A stretch of 64,000 bases of DNA from positions 1,376,001 to 1,440,000 of the forward strand of contig CAWEEQ010000004.1 in assembly GCA_963808235.1 (NCBI GenBank), given 5' to 3'. The notes under the pieces are model-generated. The model searched no databases and was not told where the DNA came from. It saw nothing but the letters and a program-made list of their open reading frames with translations. Source of the DNA: an uncultured delta proteobacterium. GTDB lineage: Bacteria > Desulfobacterota > Binatia > Binatales > Binataceae. How positions within the stretch are numbered: position 1 is the stretch's first letter; each line of letters opens with the position of its first letter. This document shows, piece after piece, positions 1 to 8,345 of the stretch. The position numbers were made by a program, and so were the translations under genes.

Positions 1-129
1 AACATCGGCAGACAAGACATCACCAACCAGCGCATCGAAGTTTACCTTTGCGCTCAATACTTCGGGCGCTTCAGCCTGGAGCCGTTTTATCAATTCAGCA
101 TCGCGTTCTTTGTTCGTGCCTTTTCTCAT
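1..129 (-). CDS. Small hypothetical protein, partial (runs off the left edge); probable IS1595 passenger
   Basis: Manual translation MRKGTNKERDAELIKRLQAEAPEVLSAKVNFDALVGDVLSADV; ATGACG-17bp-TATACT promoter ends 8 nt before the ATG. Confidence 0.5.
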   Translation of the reverse strand, partial: MRKGTNKERDAELIKRLQAEAPEVLSAKVNFDALVGDVLSADV

Positions 130-186
130 CGATCCGCAGTATAACTCCCCGTGGCGGCAACGTCATCCATTCGGGGGGTCTGATCG

Positions 187-588
187 ATGGAATCTAAATC
201 GCGCGAACAGTTGGGCTTTATTCTGCTCGCCTTTTGTGGCGCGGTAATGGCTAACGTGATCATAAACGAGATGCCTTGGTATGTGCGCGCGGTCTCGGCA
301 ATCCTTTGTTTGTTTGGATTCTGGTCAGGGGTGTGGCTGGTAGCCGCAACCAACAATGCAATTCCGTTAGGCTTGCGTTCAAAAGAATGGACCGAACAAA
401 AGCTTGCCGACCTTCGAGATGAAAACAACGAAAGAGATCGTCGGCTGCTTACAGGCATCCCGCCAAGACCAGAACGAACATTGCAAGAACAGACGGAACG
501 TGATCGCTTGTTGCGGGGTTTCGAAAAGAGACTGCATGATGGATCGCGGCTAGATCACGCGCGTTCGCGATTGAAGTGGAAGCGTTAG
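187..588 (+). CDS. Hypothetical membrane protein (2 TM segments, charged C-terminus); probable IS passenger
   Basis: 133-aa ORF, lower GC than the core genes, convergent with the transposase. Confidence 0.55.
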   Translation: MESKSREQLGFILLAFCGAVMANVIINEMPWYVRAVSAILCLFGFWSGVWLVAATNNAIPLGLRSKEWTEQKLADLRDENNERDRRLLTGIPPRPERTLQEQTERDRLLRGFEKRLHDGSRLDHARSRLKWKR

Positions 589-644
589 TTGCTCCGGCTT
601 GCCGGCCTTTTGCTTTAGCTGAGACCGCCGCCAGCGTGGCGAAC

Positions 645-1589
645 TCAGCATCCTGCTATGATCGCATCGAAAATATCGGGGTTCTTACGATTGTTGAACC
701 GGAACGAAAACTCATTCAGATAGAGCGGGAGATATTCGCGGCTGACGTGATGATAGTTGCCGATGATCCCGCGCTTGAGTAGCGACCAGAACGATTCAAT
801 CGTGTTCGTGTGCACTGTGCCGACAACGTACTCTCCGGCGCTATGGCTAACAGTTTTATGCGGATAGCCGAGTTTGCGGAGATACTGATAACCGCCATGT
901 TCATCGGTCGCCAGCAAGCGGAGTTTCTGAGGCTCCGCGACCGCTTGCTCAACAAATCGCTCGTAAGTTTCCGCACTGGTTTCCTCTAGCGATTGGCAGA
1001 CGATATTGCCCTTGCGGGAGATCGCGCCGATAACCGCCGTCTTGGATGCGTGAGCGCCTTTTTTGCCTAGCCGCTTGTTCCGATGCTTGTTCTGCTCTTT
1101 GCCGCCAATATAAGTCTCATCAACCTCGACTTCTCCCTCTAACGGCAGAACATCGCCCTGCATCGCGGCACGGATGCGCGTGCACATATACCATGCGGTT
1201 TCATACGAGCCGGTTCCGATCATCCGATGGATTTGAAGTGCGCTCATTCCCTTCTTGCTTGAGAACATCAGGAAGATCACCGTGAACCATTCACGCAACG
1301 GATAGTTCGTGTTCTCAAAGATCGTGCGCGTGATGACGCTGAACCGATAACCGTTTTGCTTGTTGCAGACCGATACCAAACCAGTCTGCTTGTCCACGGT
1401 CTCTTTGCCGCTCTTGCAGAGATAATGAAACGGTCTCGCCTTGAGCGTGTAGGCTTTCTCTCCGCATCGCGGGCACTTGACCACGCCATCCGGCCAGCGC
1501 TTCTTGGCGAGGAACGTGCGGCACGCTTCCTCATTCGGAAACCGCTGAAGTAGCTCGCGGAGCGTCAGTTGGTTTGCCGTCATATTCAT
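645..1589 (-). CDS. IS1595-family DDE transposase
   Basis: N-terminal zinc ribbon (CPRCG...C...C), HTH (KKGMSALQIHR...TAW), catalytic motifs VEVDETYIGG, TDE and HTNTIESFWSLLKR; real start is ATG 1589 or 1583, not 2066. Confidence 0.95.
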   Translation of the reverse strand: MNMTANQLTLRELLQRFPNEEACRTFLAKKRWPDGVVKCPRCGEKAYTLKARPFHYLCKSGKETVDKQTGLVSVCNKQNGYRFSVITRTIFENTNYPLREWFTVIFLMFSSKKGMSALQIHRMIGTGSYETAWYMCTRIRAAMQGDVLPLEGEVEVDETYIGGKEQNKHRNKRLGKKGAHASKTAVIGAISRKGNIVCQSLEETSAETYERFVEQAVAEPQKLRLLATDEHGGYQYLRKLGYPHKTVSHSAGEYVVGTVHTNTIESFWSLLKRGIIGNYHHVSREYLPLYLNEFSFRFNNRKNPDIFDAIIAGC

Positions 1590-1596
1590 AACGAAT

Positions 1597-1625
1597 AATA
1601 TAGCAACGGCAAGGGTCGGTGTCAA
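1597..1625 (-). promoter_or_regulatory. Sigma70 promoter of the transposase, probably giving a leaderless mRNA
   Basis: TTGACA-17bp-TATATT with TG extension; ATG follows 7 nt after the -10 box; no Shine-Dalgarno. Confidence 0.75.
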
Positions 1626-1661
1626 GTAGCGGATAGTCCCCAACAAGTTCAGCACAAACAG

Positions 1662-2633
1662 ATGGCAAAAACTGTCTCGGGGGATCGGTTGAGTATTGAC
1701 GTTACCTACCGGATTGCGCGCGAGGACGATCTGTCCGCGATGCGGCTGGTGCAGAGCAAGTCGCTGTACGATCTGCTCGTGACTCGCGGCGGCAGCGACC
1801 CTTCGATTGTCCCGATCACCGACGAGCCGAGCACCGAGATGCGGCTCGTATTGCAGACCGATCCGAAGCTCGCGTGGATCGCGATCGAAGACAGACGCCC
1901 GATTGGGTTCAGCGTGGGATTCGTGCGTGACGAGTTGTGGTTCCTCGCGGACTTGTTCGTGCTTCCGGAGGCGCAAGGCAAGGGCGTCGGCGCCGAGCTG
2001 CTTAATCGATGCCTCGCGGGCGGGCTCCAGCGCGGCGCGCGCATCCGCGCGGTGGCGTCGAGCCATGACAATAGCGCACGCGTGCTCTATATCCGGGCCG
2101 GGATGGCTCCGCGCTTTCCGCTAATCACATTGCAAGGTCCAGCGCGCGGACTAATCGAGTTGCCGGCGGCGACCGCGAAAATCCGGCAGGTCGAACCATC
2201 GAAAGCATGGTTTCGCAAGCTTCGAGATCTCGATGAAACGATTTGGGGGCATCGGCGCGACGCGGAGCATCGGTTCTGGCTCGACGAATACAAGTTCACC
2301 TGCCTCGCGATTGTCGATGGGTCTCGCGTACTTGGCTACGCTTACTATTCGAGCGCGGCGAGTCGCCCGCCCTGGGACTGTGTGCCGCGCCGAATCGGCC
2401 CGGTCGCCGCGCGGAGTGCGCGAGTACAGCTCTCGTTACTGCGCGCGATCGGCGATGCGTTCGGTAGCGACGCCGACGACCGCGTCGAGATCGGAATTCC
2501 GGGAATCAATATGAGTGCGCTGACGGCGCTGCTTGGTGTGGGATTCAGGATCGATCACGTCGGGCAGTTCATGTCGTCACGAACGTTCGGTAGGTTCGAT
2601 CGGTACCTCCCGTCGGGAGGAACACTCTTATAG
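1662..2633 (+). CDS. GNAT family N-acetyltransferase (tandem GNAT-like)
   Basis: LFVLPEAQGKGVG acetyl-CoA motif, LYIRAG motif, second degenerate GNAT domain. Confidence 0.85.
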   Translation: MAKTVSGDRLSIDVTYRIAREDDLSAMRLVQSKSLYDLLVTRGGSDPSIVPITDEPSTEMRLVLQTDPKLAWIAIEDRRPIGFSVGFVRDELWFLADLFVLPEAQGKGVGAELLNRCLAGGLQRGARIRAVASSHDNSARVLYIRAGMAPRFPLITLQGPARGLIELPAATAKIRQVEPSKAWFRKLRDLDETIWGHRRDAEHRFWLDEYKFTCLAIVDGSRVLGYAYYSSAASRPPWDCVPRRIGPVAARSARVQLSLLRAIGDAFGSDADDRVEIGIPGINMSALTALLGVGFRIDHVGQFMSSRTFGRFDRYLPSGGTLL

Positions 2634-2719
2634 CCGCCTATTTGTGTTGTTAGACGACCGCGGACGCTGTTCGGCGCTGGTTGCTGCCGCGAATACGGTT
2701 AGCTAGAAGCGAGCCTATC

Positions 2720-2810
2720 ATGCGATTTCGCGAAGCCACCCGATGCGACGTGACGGCCGTCGCTACTCTGCACGCTGAGAGCTGGCGGAATCACTATCGC
2801 GGGGCCTATC
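2720..2810 (+). pseudogene. Truncated 5' fragment of a GNAT acetyltransferase
   Basis: MRFREATRCDVTAVATLHAESWRNHYRG is a typical GNAT N-terminus; resemblance ends where an opposite-strand remnant begins. Confidence 0.55.
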
Positions 2811-3172
2811 GGTCGACAAAAGAATACCTCATGACGAATTTGGCAAAAGGGAGCTTTCCGACGATTGCAGATTCAACCCTCTTTAGGGCAAGGAAGAGGG
2901 CGGCCGCCGCCTGAGCTACAGCGTTTTCGAAATCAGACGCGGCGAATGCAGCCTCCGCGTCAGTTAGCAACTGCTTTACTCTCGGATGCTTTACGAGGTC
3001 CACCAGCGACATTTTTTCGAAGTCGAGATCCCAAGCAAGTGAGGAGAGCTTGTGCAAAAAGTCTCTAGAATAGGTTCTGGTATCGCTCACCTCGATAACA
3101 TTGGGGTACCTAGCTTTGAGTTGTGCATCATGCGGAGTGATGAACGTGGAGCAGGTTGCCTCTGTCAGGAAG
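2806..3172 (-). pseudogene. Degraded hypothetical gene (frameshifted, truncated)
   Basis: Protein-like reading LPDRGNLLHVH / HDAQLKARYPNVIEVSDTRTYSRDFL... split over two frames near 3135; low GC. Confidence 0.4.
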
Positions 3173-3478
3173 AGACCTCATCCCATGAGATGCGAGAAGG
3201 CTATCAACTTGGTCAATTAGACCCGGAAATCCCTCTGCTGGTGTCTCGAAGGTCGAGGGCGCCAACTGGGGCCGCATCAAGCACCCCGACGCGGCCTCGA
3301 GGCTATGGGTGCAAGAGTTGGAGATGATGGACTAAATTGCGATATCTGGACGACGCAGTGTTGGTAAAGCTGCTTGGCAAACACGAGTTTGCGGCGAGTG
3401 ATCGGGTCAAGCGCGATAGCCACGGATGTTTGCTCTTTAACGTCGGCGCCGGCGCGGCCGGGAGTCCCCCACGACGAA

Positions 3479-3790
3479 TCAGTGTCCGCGCGCTTTTTTT
3501 ACTGCCTCGGCAATGCGCTCGACATCCGGCCAATTCCGTGGCCTCTCAAAACCAGGTATCCCATCGCCGTGGTTCGTTAAATGGAAAAGCCTTTCATCGT
3601 CTGAAAACGGAGGATCTACCTTCGGTCCGATCTCCGCGCCATGGCAAATTCTGCAATGCGAGGGAGCGCGCAACCGAAGCAATTCGTTTCGCTCAAGCTC
3701 TTGAAACTTGCTTTCGACGAGCGTCGTCAGCTTTTTCTCCAGATATGTGCGGAGCCTTTCGAACTCTTCATCGAACTGGTCAGCAGCCAT
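3479..3790 (-). CDS. Small hypothetical protein with coiled coil and CxxC...HxxxH motif
   Basis: 103-aa ORF, AGGGGAAG Shine-Dalgarno, CRICH...FSDDERLFHLTNH. Confidence 0.7.
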   Translation of the reverse strand: MAADQFDEEFERLRTYLEKKLTTLVESKFQELERNELLRLRAPSHCRICHGAEIGPKVDPPFSDDERLFHLTNHGDGIPGFERPRNWPDVERIAEAVKKARGH

Positions 3791-3850
3791 GATTGTCTTC
3801 CCCTTGAATAGCTAGTTTATCGCCCTAACGCGGAATATCAAAGTGACGTT

Positions 3851-3866
3851 TGTGATGACGGTCAAA
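3851..3866. promoter_or_regulatory. CRP/FNR-like site
   Basis: TGTGA-TGACGG-TCAAA, 9/10 match to TGTGA-N6-TCACA. Confidence 0.35.
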
Positions 3867-3936
3867 ACTCTCACCTACCGGCCGCTTTGCAGCTGGCCGC
3901 CCTCTCTCGTGAAATAACGGGCGAGCTAAGAATGTT

Positions 3937-4357
3937 CTATGCCAGTAGGTCGCGGCGGGGGAAGAAGAACGCGATTTCCTGCGCGGCGGTTTCTGGGGCG
4001 TCGGAGCCGTGGGTGGAGTTTTGTTCTACGTCGAGGCCGAAGTCTTTGCGGATGGTGCCGAAGTCGGCTTTTTTTGGGTCGGTCGCGCCCATCAGTTGGC
4101 GCCATTTTAAGATTGCGCCTTCGGCTTGCAGCACTGCTACTACCACCGGGCCTGAGGTCATGTACTCGCAGAGGCCGCTGAAGAATGGCTTCGACTTTGT
4201 GGACGTCGTAGAAGCGCTCGGCGTCGGGGCGAGAGAGTTGCAGCTTGCGCATCGCGACTATTTTGAGGCCCGACGATTCGATGCGTTTCAGGATGTCGCC
4301 GGTTAGTCCGCGGCGGACTGCGTCGGGTTTTAGGATGGCGAGAGTTTGTTCGATCAA
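3937..4357 (-). CDS. ndk: Nucleoside-diphosphate kinase (one frameshift near 4195, likely sequencing error)
   Basis: [13 protein letters not shown]-terminus in one frame; MTSGPVV...GTIRKDFG...NSTHGSD in another. Confidence 0.93.
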
Positions 4358-4424
4358 AGTTTATTCTCCCGTATCAGTGGTCGGCTCCGCGTGCCCTAAG
4401 CGGAGTTGAAGGGTTTTGCGCCGA

Positions 4425-4468
4425 GAAAGATCCGGGGTCCCTCGGCTACGCTCGGGATGACACAAAAA
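4425..4468. repeat. REP-like palindromic repeat, family A, copy 1
   Basis: gaaagatccggggtccctcggctacgctcgggatgacacaaaaa; imperfect direct repeat of 5443-5485. Confidence 0.75.
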
Positions 4469-4511
4469 CCAGAGCTGGACGGGGTGCTCGCGAGGGTATG
4501 TTCCATCGTGA

Positions 4512-5390
4512 TTACTTCTTGCCTTCGAGCACGGATTTCATCGTGGAGCCGAGATCGGCGGGGCTCATTGCGACTGTGATGCCGGCGGCTTTCAGAGCGG
4601 CGATTTTGTCGGAGGCGGTGCCGCGGCCGCCGGAGATGATTGCGCCCGCGTGGCCCATCCGGCGGCCTTTCGGGGCGGTCTGTCCGGCAATAAACGCGAC
4701 TACAGGTTTCTTAAAGTGTTGCTTTATGTATTCGGCGGCCTCTTCTTCGGCGGTGCCGCCGATCTCGCCTATCATTATAACTGCGCGGGTTTTCGGATCG
4801 TCGTTGAAAAGTTTCAGCGAGTCGATGTGGCTGGTGCCGACGATCGGATCGCCGCCGATTCCGATGCAGCTCGATTGGCCGATGCCGAGTTGGGTGAGCT
4901 GATACACGGCTTCGTAGGTGAGGGTGCCGGAGCGCGAGACGACGCCTACGTCGCCCTGTTTGTGGATGTAGCCGGGCATGATGCCGATTTTGCATTCGCC
5001 GGGCGTGATGATGCCGGGGCAGTTGGGGCCGATGAGGCGCGATTTCGAGCCGGCCATGTACGCTTTCACTTTGACCATGTCGAGGACGGGGACGCCCTCG
5101 GTGATGCAGATGACGAGTTCGATGCCGGCGGAGACCGCTTCGAGAATCGCGTCGGCGGCGAATGCCGGCGGCACGTAAATCACGGTCGCGTCGCATCCGG
5201 TGGATTCGCGGGCATCTTCGACAGTGTTGAAAATCGGGATGCCTTCGAAGTCGGTGCCGCCTTTGCCGGGGACGACGCCGCCGACCATTTGGGTGCCGTA
5301 TTCCTTGCACGCGCGAGTGTGCAGCTGGCCGACCGCGCCGGTGATTCCCTGGGTTAGCACGCGGGTGTTTTTGTTTACTAGGATGCTCAT
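4512..5390 (-). CDS. sucD: Succinyl-CoA ligase alpha subunit
   Basis: [31 protein letters not shown] phospho-His motif. Confidence 0.98.
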   Translation of the reverse strand: MSILVNKNTRVLTQGITGAVGQLHTRACKEYGTQMVGGVVPGKGGTDFEGIPIFNTVEDARESTGCDATVIYVPPAFAADAILEAVSAGIELVICITEGVPVLDMVKVKAYMAGSKSRLIGPNCPGIITPGECKIGIMPGYIHKQGDVGVVSRSGTLTYEAVYQLTQLGIGQSSCIGIGGDPIVGTSHIDSLKLFNDDPKTRAVIMIGEIGGTAEEEAAEYIKQHFKKPVVAFIAGQTAPKGRRMGHAGAIISGGRGTASDKIAALKAAGITVAMSPADLGSTMKSVLEGKK

Positions 5391-5442
5391 TGGAAAATCA
5401 CGCGTCGATGGTTAGTGGATGGTGTGGTGTTGTGAGCGTCGT

Positions 5443-5485
5443 GAAAGATCCGGGTTCCTTCACTTCGTTCAGGATGACACAAAAA
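5443..5485. repeat. REP-like palindromic repeat, family A, copy 2
   Basis: gaaagatccgggttccttcacttcgttcaggatgacacaaaaa. Confidence 0.75.
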
Positions 5486-5489
5486 GGGG

Positions 5490-5520
5490 CGCGGGTGTTT
5501 TTGTTCACTAGGATGATCAT
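5490..5520 (-). repeat. Duplicate of the first 10 codons of sucD
   Basis: 29/31 nt identical to 5360-5390 ([10 protein letters not shown] vs [10 protein letters not shown]). Confidence 0.9.
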
Positions 5521-5549
5521 CGAGACTTCATCCTTGCCCGTTCTCCGGA

Positions 5550-5579
5550 AATCACAGGCAGGGACGCCTGTGCCACTGG
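5550..5579. repeat. REP-like hairpin, family B, copy 1
   Basis: Reverse complement matches 48515-48544 at 28/30 nt, and the two differences are a compensatory stem pair. Confidence 0.8.
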
Positions 5580-5604
5580 ATCAACCCGGAATTTTGATCT
5601 TGGA

Positions 5605-5649
5605 CCCTCACCCGCGCCGTTGGCGCGGCCTCTCCCTGTCAGGGAGAGG
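5605..5649. repeat. REP-like double hairpin, family C (CCCTCACCC...CCTCTCCC...GGGAGAGG)
   Basis: Hairpins ccgcgcc-gtt-ggcgcgg and cctctccct-gtc-agggagagg; single copy in this window. Confidence 0.65.
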
Positions 5650-5697
5650 CGAGGAATCGCCGAGATTTGATTTTCGTTCTTTAACATCCAACACCTG

Positions 5698-6861
5698 CTA
5701 GGCTCCGATTTCTTTTACTATTCGGTGGGCGGCGTCGGCCATGTTGGTGGCTGTGATCACCTTGATGCCGGAGTCGGCGAGGATTTTCTTGCCCTCGGTG
5801 ACGTTGGTGCCTTCCATCCGTACTACCAGCGGGACGTTGAGCTTCACCTGTTTTGCGGCCTCGACGACGCCTTGCGCGAGCACGTCGCATCGCATGATGC
5901 CGCCGAAGATGTTGATCAGCACGCCTTTGACGCGCTTGTCGGCGAGCAGGATGCGGAACGCGGCGGCGACTTTCTCGGTGCTCGCGCCGCCGCCGACGTC
6001 GAGGAAGTTGGCCGGCTCGGCGCCATAGATTTTCACGATGTCCATCGTGGCCATCGCGAGTCCCGCGCCATTGACCATGCATCCGATGTTGCCGTCGAGG
6101 TGCACGTAGCTGAGATCGAACTTCGCGGCCTCGGTCTCGGCGGGATCTTCCTCGTTGGGGTCGCGCAGCTCGCGGATGTCAGCGTGACGGATGAGGCCGT
6201 TGTCGTCGAACGACATTTTCGCGTCGAGGCAGATCACACGGCCGTCGGTGGTGACGACCAGCGGATTGATTTCTATCAGCGATGCGTCGGTCTCGATGAA
6301 GGCCTTGTAGATCGACGCGAGCATCGTAGCGAACTGTCCGACCTGCTTGTCCTTGAGCCCGAGTGCGAACGCGATCTTGCGCGCCTGGAATCCCGCGACG
6401 CCGAGCAATGGATTGATGAACTCGGTGAGAATCTTCTGCGGCGTCTTGGCGGCGACTTCTTCGATGTCCATGCCGCCTTCGGTGCTCGCGATCACGGCGA
6501 CCGAGCCGGCCTTTCGATCGACGAGCATCCCGAGGTACAGCTCGCGCGCGATTTGGCTCGCCTCCTCGACGTACATGTGACGGACGACGCGGCCCTCGGG
6601 GCCGGTCTGATGCGTCACGAGCGGCTTGCCGAGCAAGTTTGCGGCGAAGTCGCGCGCTTCGTCGGCGCTCGAGAGGAGTTTCACACCGCCGGCTTTGCCA
6701 CGTCCGCCCGCATGGATCTGCACTTTGACGACGGCTTTCGGTTGGCCCAGCGCTTTGAATGCGGACGCGACTTCGTCGGGGGTCGACGCGGGCTGTCCTT
6801 TGGGGACGGGGACGCCGAAGCGGGCGAGGATTTGTTTGGCTTGGTATTCGTGGATGTTCAT
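5698..6861 (-). CDS. sucC: Succinyl-CoA ligase beta subunit
   Basis: [44 protein letters not shown]. Confidence 0.98.
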   Translation of the reverse strand: MNIHEYQAKQILARFGVPVPKGQPASTPDEVASAFKALGQPKAVVKVQIHAGGRGKAGGVKLLSSADEARDFAANLLGKPLVTHQTGPEGRVVRHMYVEEASQIARELYLGMLVDRKAGSVAVIASTEGGMDIEEVAAKTPQKILTEFINPLLGVAGFQARKIAFALGLKDKQVGQFATMLASIYKAFIETDASLIEINPLVVTTDGRVICLDAKMSFDDNGLIRHADIRELRDPNEEDPAETEAAKFDLSYVHLDGNIGCMVNGAGLAMATMDIVKIYGAEPANFLDVGGGASTEKVAAAFRILLADKRVKGVLINIFGGIMRCDVLAQGVVEAAKQVKLNVPLVVRMEGTNVTEGKKILADSGIKVITATNMADAAHRIVKEIGA

Positions 6862-6938
6862 TCGGTTACCTTAAGAGGTGCATTCGGCGAGATGCAAATT
6901 CGATGGGCTCCGTGCACACCTCGAGCATTCACGTTCGC

Positions 6939-7271
6939 TCACGTCGCCAATAACTTTCCGACCGTTGCCGACACGGCGCGTTGGTCCGTTCGAGATAGGC
7001 TACCCGTTTTGTGCAGAATGAGCCGATTGTCCAGAGTAAAGAGTTTCATGCGAACTTTTGACGAGGCTTGCAGGCCCGCCTGTCCAGCGTCGATCGCGAC
7101 ATCCATCGGCCATGGAGCGTTGCTGGCGCTAGTTATCATTGCCAAGACCGTGTGACCGCTCTCATCACTAAAACTCTCTGAAGAAAGAGCCAGCGCCGGT
7201 CGACGCTTGCTCGCTCGCCGGTCAGTGAAGGGAAAAGGCACAACTACAACGTCGAAGGGTTTACAGGTCAC
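6939..7271 (-). CDS. PemK/MazF-family type II toxin
   Basis: DVVVVPFPFTD...KRRPALALS...AMITS; overlaps the antitoxin stop. Confidence 0.9.
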   Translation of the reverse strand: MTCKPFDVVVVPFPFTDRRASKRRPALALSSESFSDESGHTVLAMITSASNAPWPMDVAIDAGQAGLQASSKVRMKLFTLDNRLILHKTGSLSRTDQRAVSATVGKLLAT

Positions 7272-7521
7272 GATAGGCGCGATCGTCGTTTTTCGAGTTC
7301 CACTCCGACAAGGTCTTCTCCAATGCCAAGAGGAACTCGAGATCGAGGGGCTCCGCTTTGCGGATACGGACTGTACCGGCTTTCGGCTCTTCGAATATCA
7401 CGGTATCGCCTGGTTTCAGATGCAAGCGTTTGCGAACGGACAATGGAACCGTGGCCTGACCTTTAGTCGTAAGCCGGCTGGTAGCGATTGCTTGAACGGC
7501 TGCACGCTTTGAACGAGCCAT
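7261..7521 (-). CDS. AbrB/MazE/PrlF-family antitoxin
   Basis: SRLTTKGQATVPLSVRKRLHLKPGDTVIF AbrB fold; C-terminal EWNSKNDDRAYRDL. Confidence 0.9.
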   Translation of the reverse strand: MARSKRAAVQAIATSRLTTKGQATVPLSVRKRLHLKPGDTVIFEEPKAGTVRIRKAEPLDLEFLLALEKTLSEWNSKNDDRAYRDL

Positions 7522-7539
7522 AATTAGTCAATCCCAAGA

Positions 7540-7553
7540 AGTAATACCTTACT
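7540..7553. promoter_or_regulatory. Probable toxin-antitoxin autoregulatory operator
   Basis: Inverted repeat AGTAA-TACC-TTACT in an AT-rich region just upstream of the antitoxin; extra half-site at 7561-7565. Confidence 0.55.
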
Positions 7554-7595
7554 ACCATTATTACTGCATCGAGTCTGAACCGGCAATATCGTCAT

Positions 7596-8345
7596 TTACG
7601 CGCTGCGGCGGAACATGCGGAATAGTTTTTTGATTGGATCGTAAAACTCGTCGGCTACGCGCTCCTTCAATGGGATGATCGCGTTATCGGTGATGTGAAT
7701 GTCTTCGGGGCATACGTTGGTGCAGCACTTGGTGATGTTGCAGTAGCCGATGCCGTAATCGTTCTTCAGCGCGGCGACGCGGTTGCCGGTGTCGAGCGGA
7801 TGCATCTCGAGCGCGGCGGTGAAGACCAGCAGGCGCGGGCCGATGAACTCGTCTTCGAGCTCATGGTCGCGCAACACGTGGCATACGTCCTGGCACAGGA
7901 AGCATTCGATGCACTTGCGGAATTCCTGGACGCGCTCGATGTCCTCCTGCTGGATGCGCCAACTGCCGTCGGGAGCGTCTGGCTTGCGCGGCGCGAACTT
8001 CGGAATTTTTTTCTTGGTGTCGAAGTTCCACTTGACCTTGGTGACGAGATCCTTGATGCGCGGAAAAGTATGCATCGGCTCGATGCTGATCGGCTCGCCG
8101 ACCGGCAGCGTGTCCATCCGGGTCATGCACATCAGGCGCGGATGGCCGTTGATTTCCGCGGAGCATGAGCCGCACTTGCCGGCCTTGCAATTCCATCGCA
8201 CGGCGAGATCGTTCGCTTGCTCGGCCTGGATCTGATGCACGACGTCGAGCACGACCATCCCTTCATCGACGCGGGCCTTGTACTCCTTGAAGTCGCCGCC
8301 AGTGGCGTCGCCGCGCCAGATGAGGAAGGTTGCGTCGGTGCTCAC
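7596..8345 (-). CDS. sdhB: Succinate dehydrogenase/fumarate reductase iron-sulfur subunit (Sdh1 type)
   Basis: CKAGKCGSC, CIECFLCQDVC, CNITKCCTNVCP; GTG start overlaps the sdhA stop. Confidence 0.93.
   Translation of the reverse strand: MSTDATFLIWRGDATGGDFKEYKARVDEGMVVLDVVHQIQAEQANDLAVRWNCKAGKCGSCSAEINGHPRLMCMTRMDTLPVGEPISIEPMHTFPRIKDLVTKVKWNFDTKKKIPKFAPRKPDAPDGSWRIQQEDIERVQEFRKCIECFLCQDVCHVLRDHELEDEFIGPRLLVFTAALEMHPLDTGNRVAALKNDYGIGYCNITKCCTNVCPEDIHITDNAIIPLKERVADEFYDPIKKLFRMFRRSA

Larger units (their letters stand above)
1..1640 (-). mobile_element. IS1595-family element with passenger genes; upstream end near 1640, other end probably outside the window
   Basis: Minus-strand terminus GGGACTATCCGCTACTTGACA directly upstream of the transposase; no matching inverted copy seen in 1-645. 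Confidence 0.7.

Noticed and set aside
576-782. 68-aa plus-strand ORF
   Set aside because: Mostly an antisense shadow of the IS1595 transposase 3' end.
1590-2066. N-terminal extension of the transposase ORF in the track
   Set aside because: Crosses the IS end and is antisense to the GNAT gene; promoter and domain start place the ATG at 1589 or 1583.
4161-4210. Programmed ribosomal frameshift in ndk (and in mdh, glpD)
   Set aside because: No slippery heptamer with a stimulatory structure; the number of such indels points to sequencing error.
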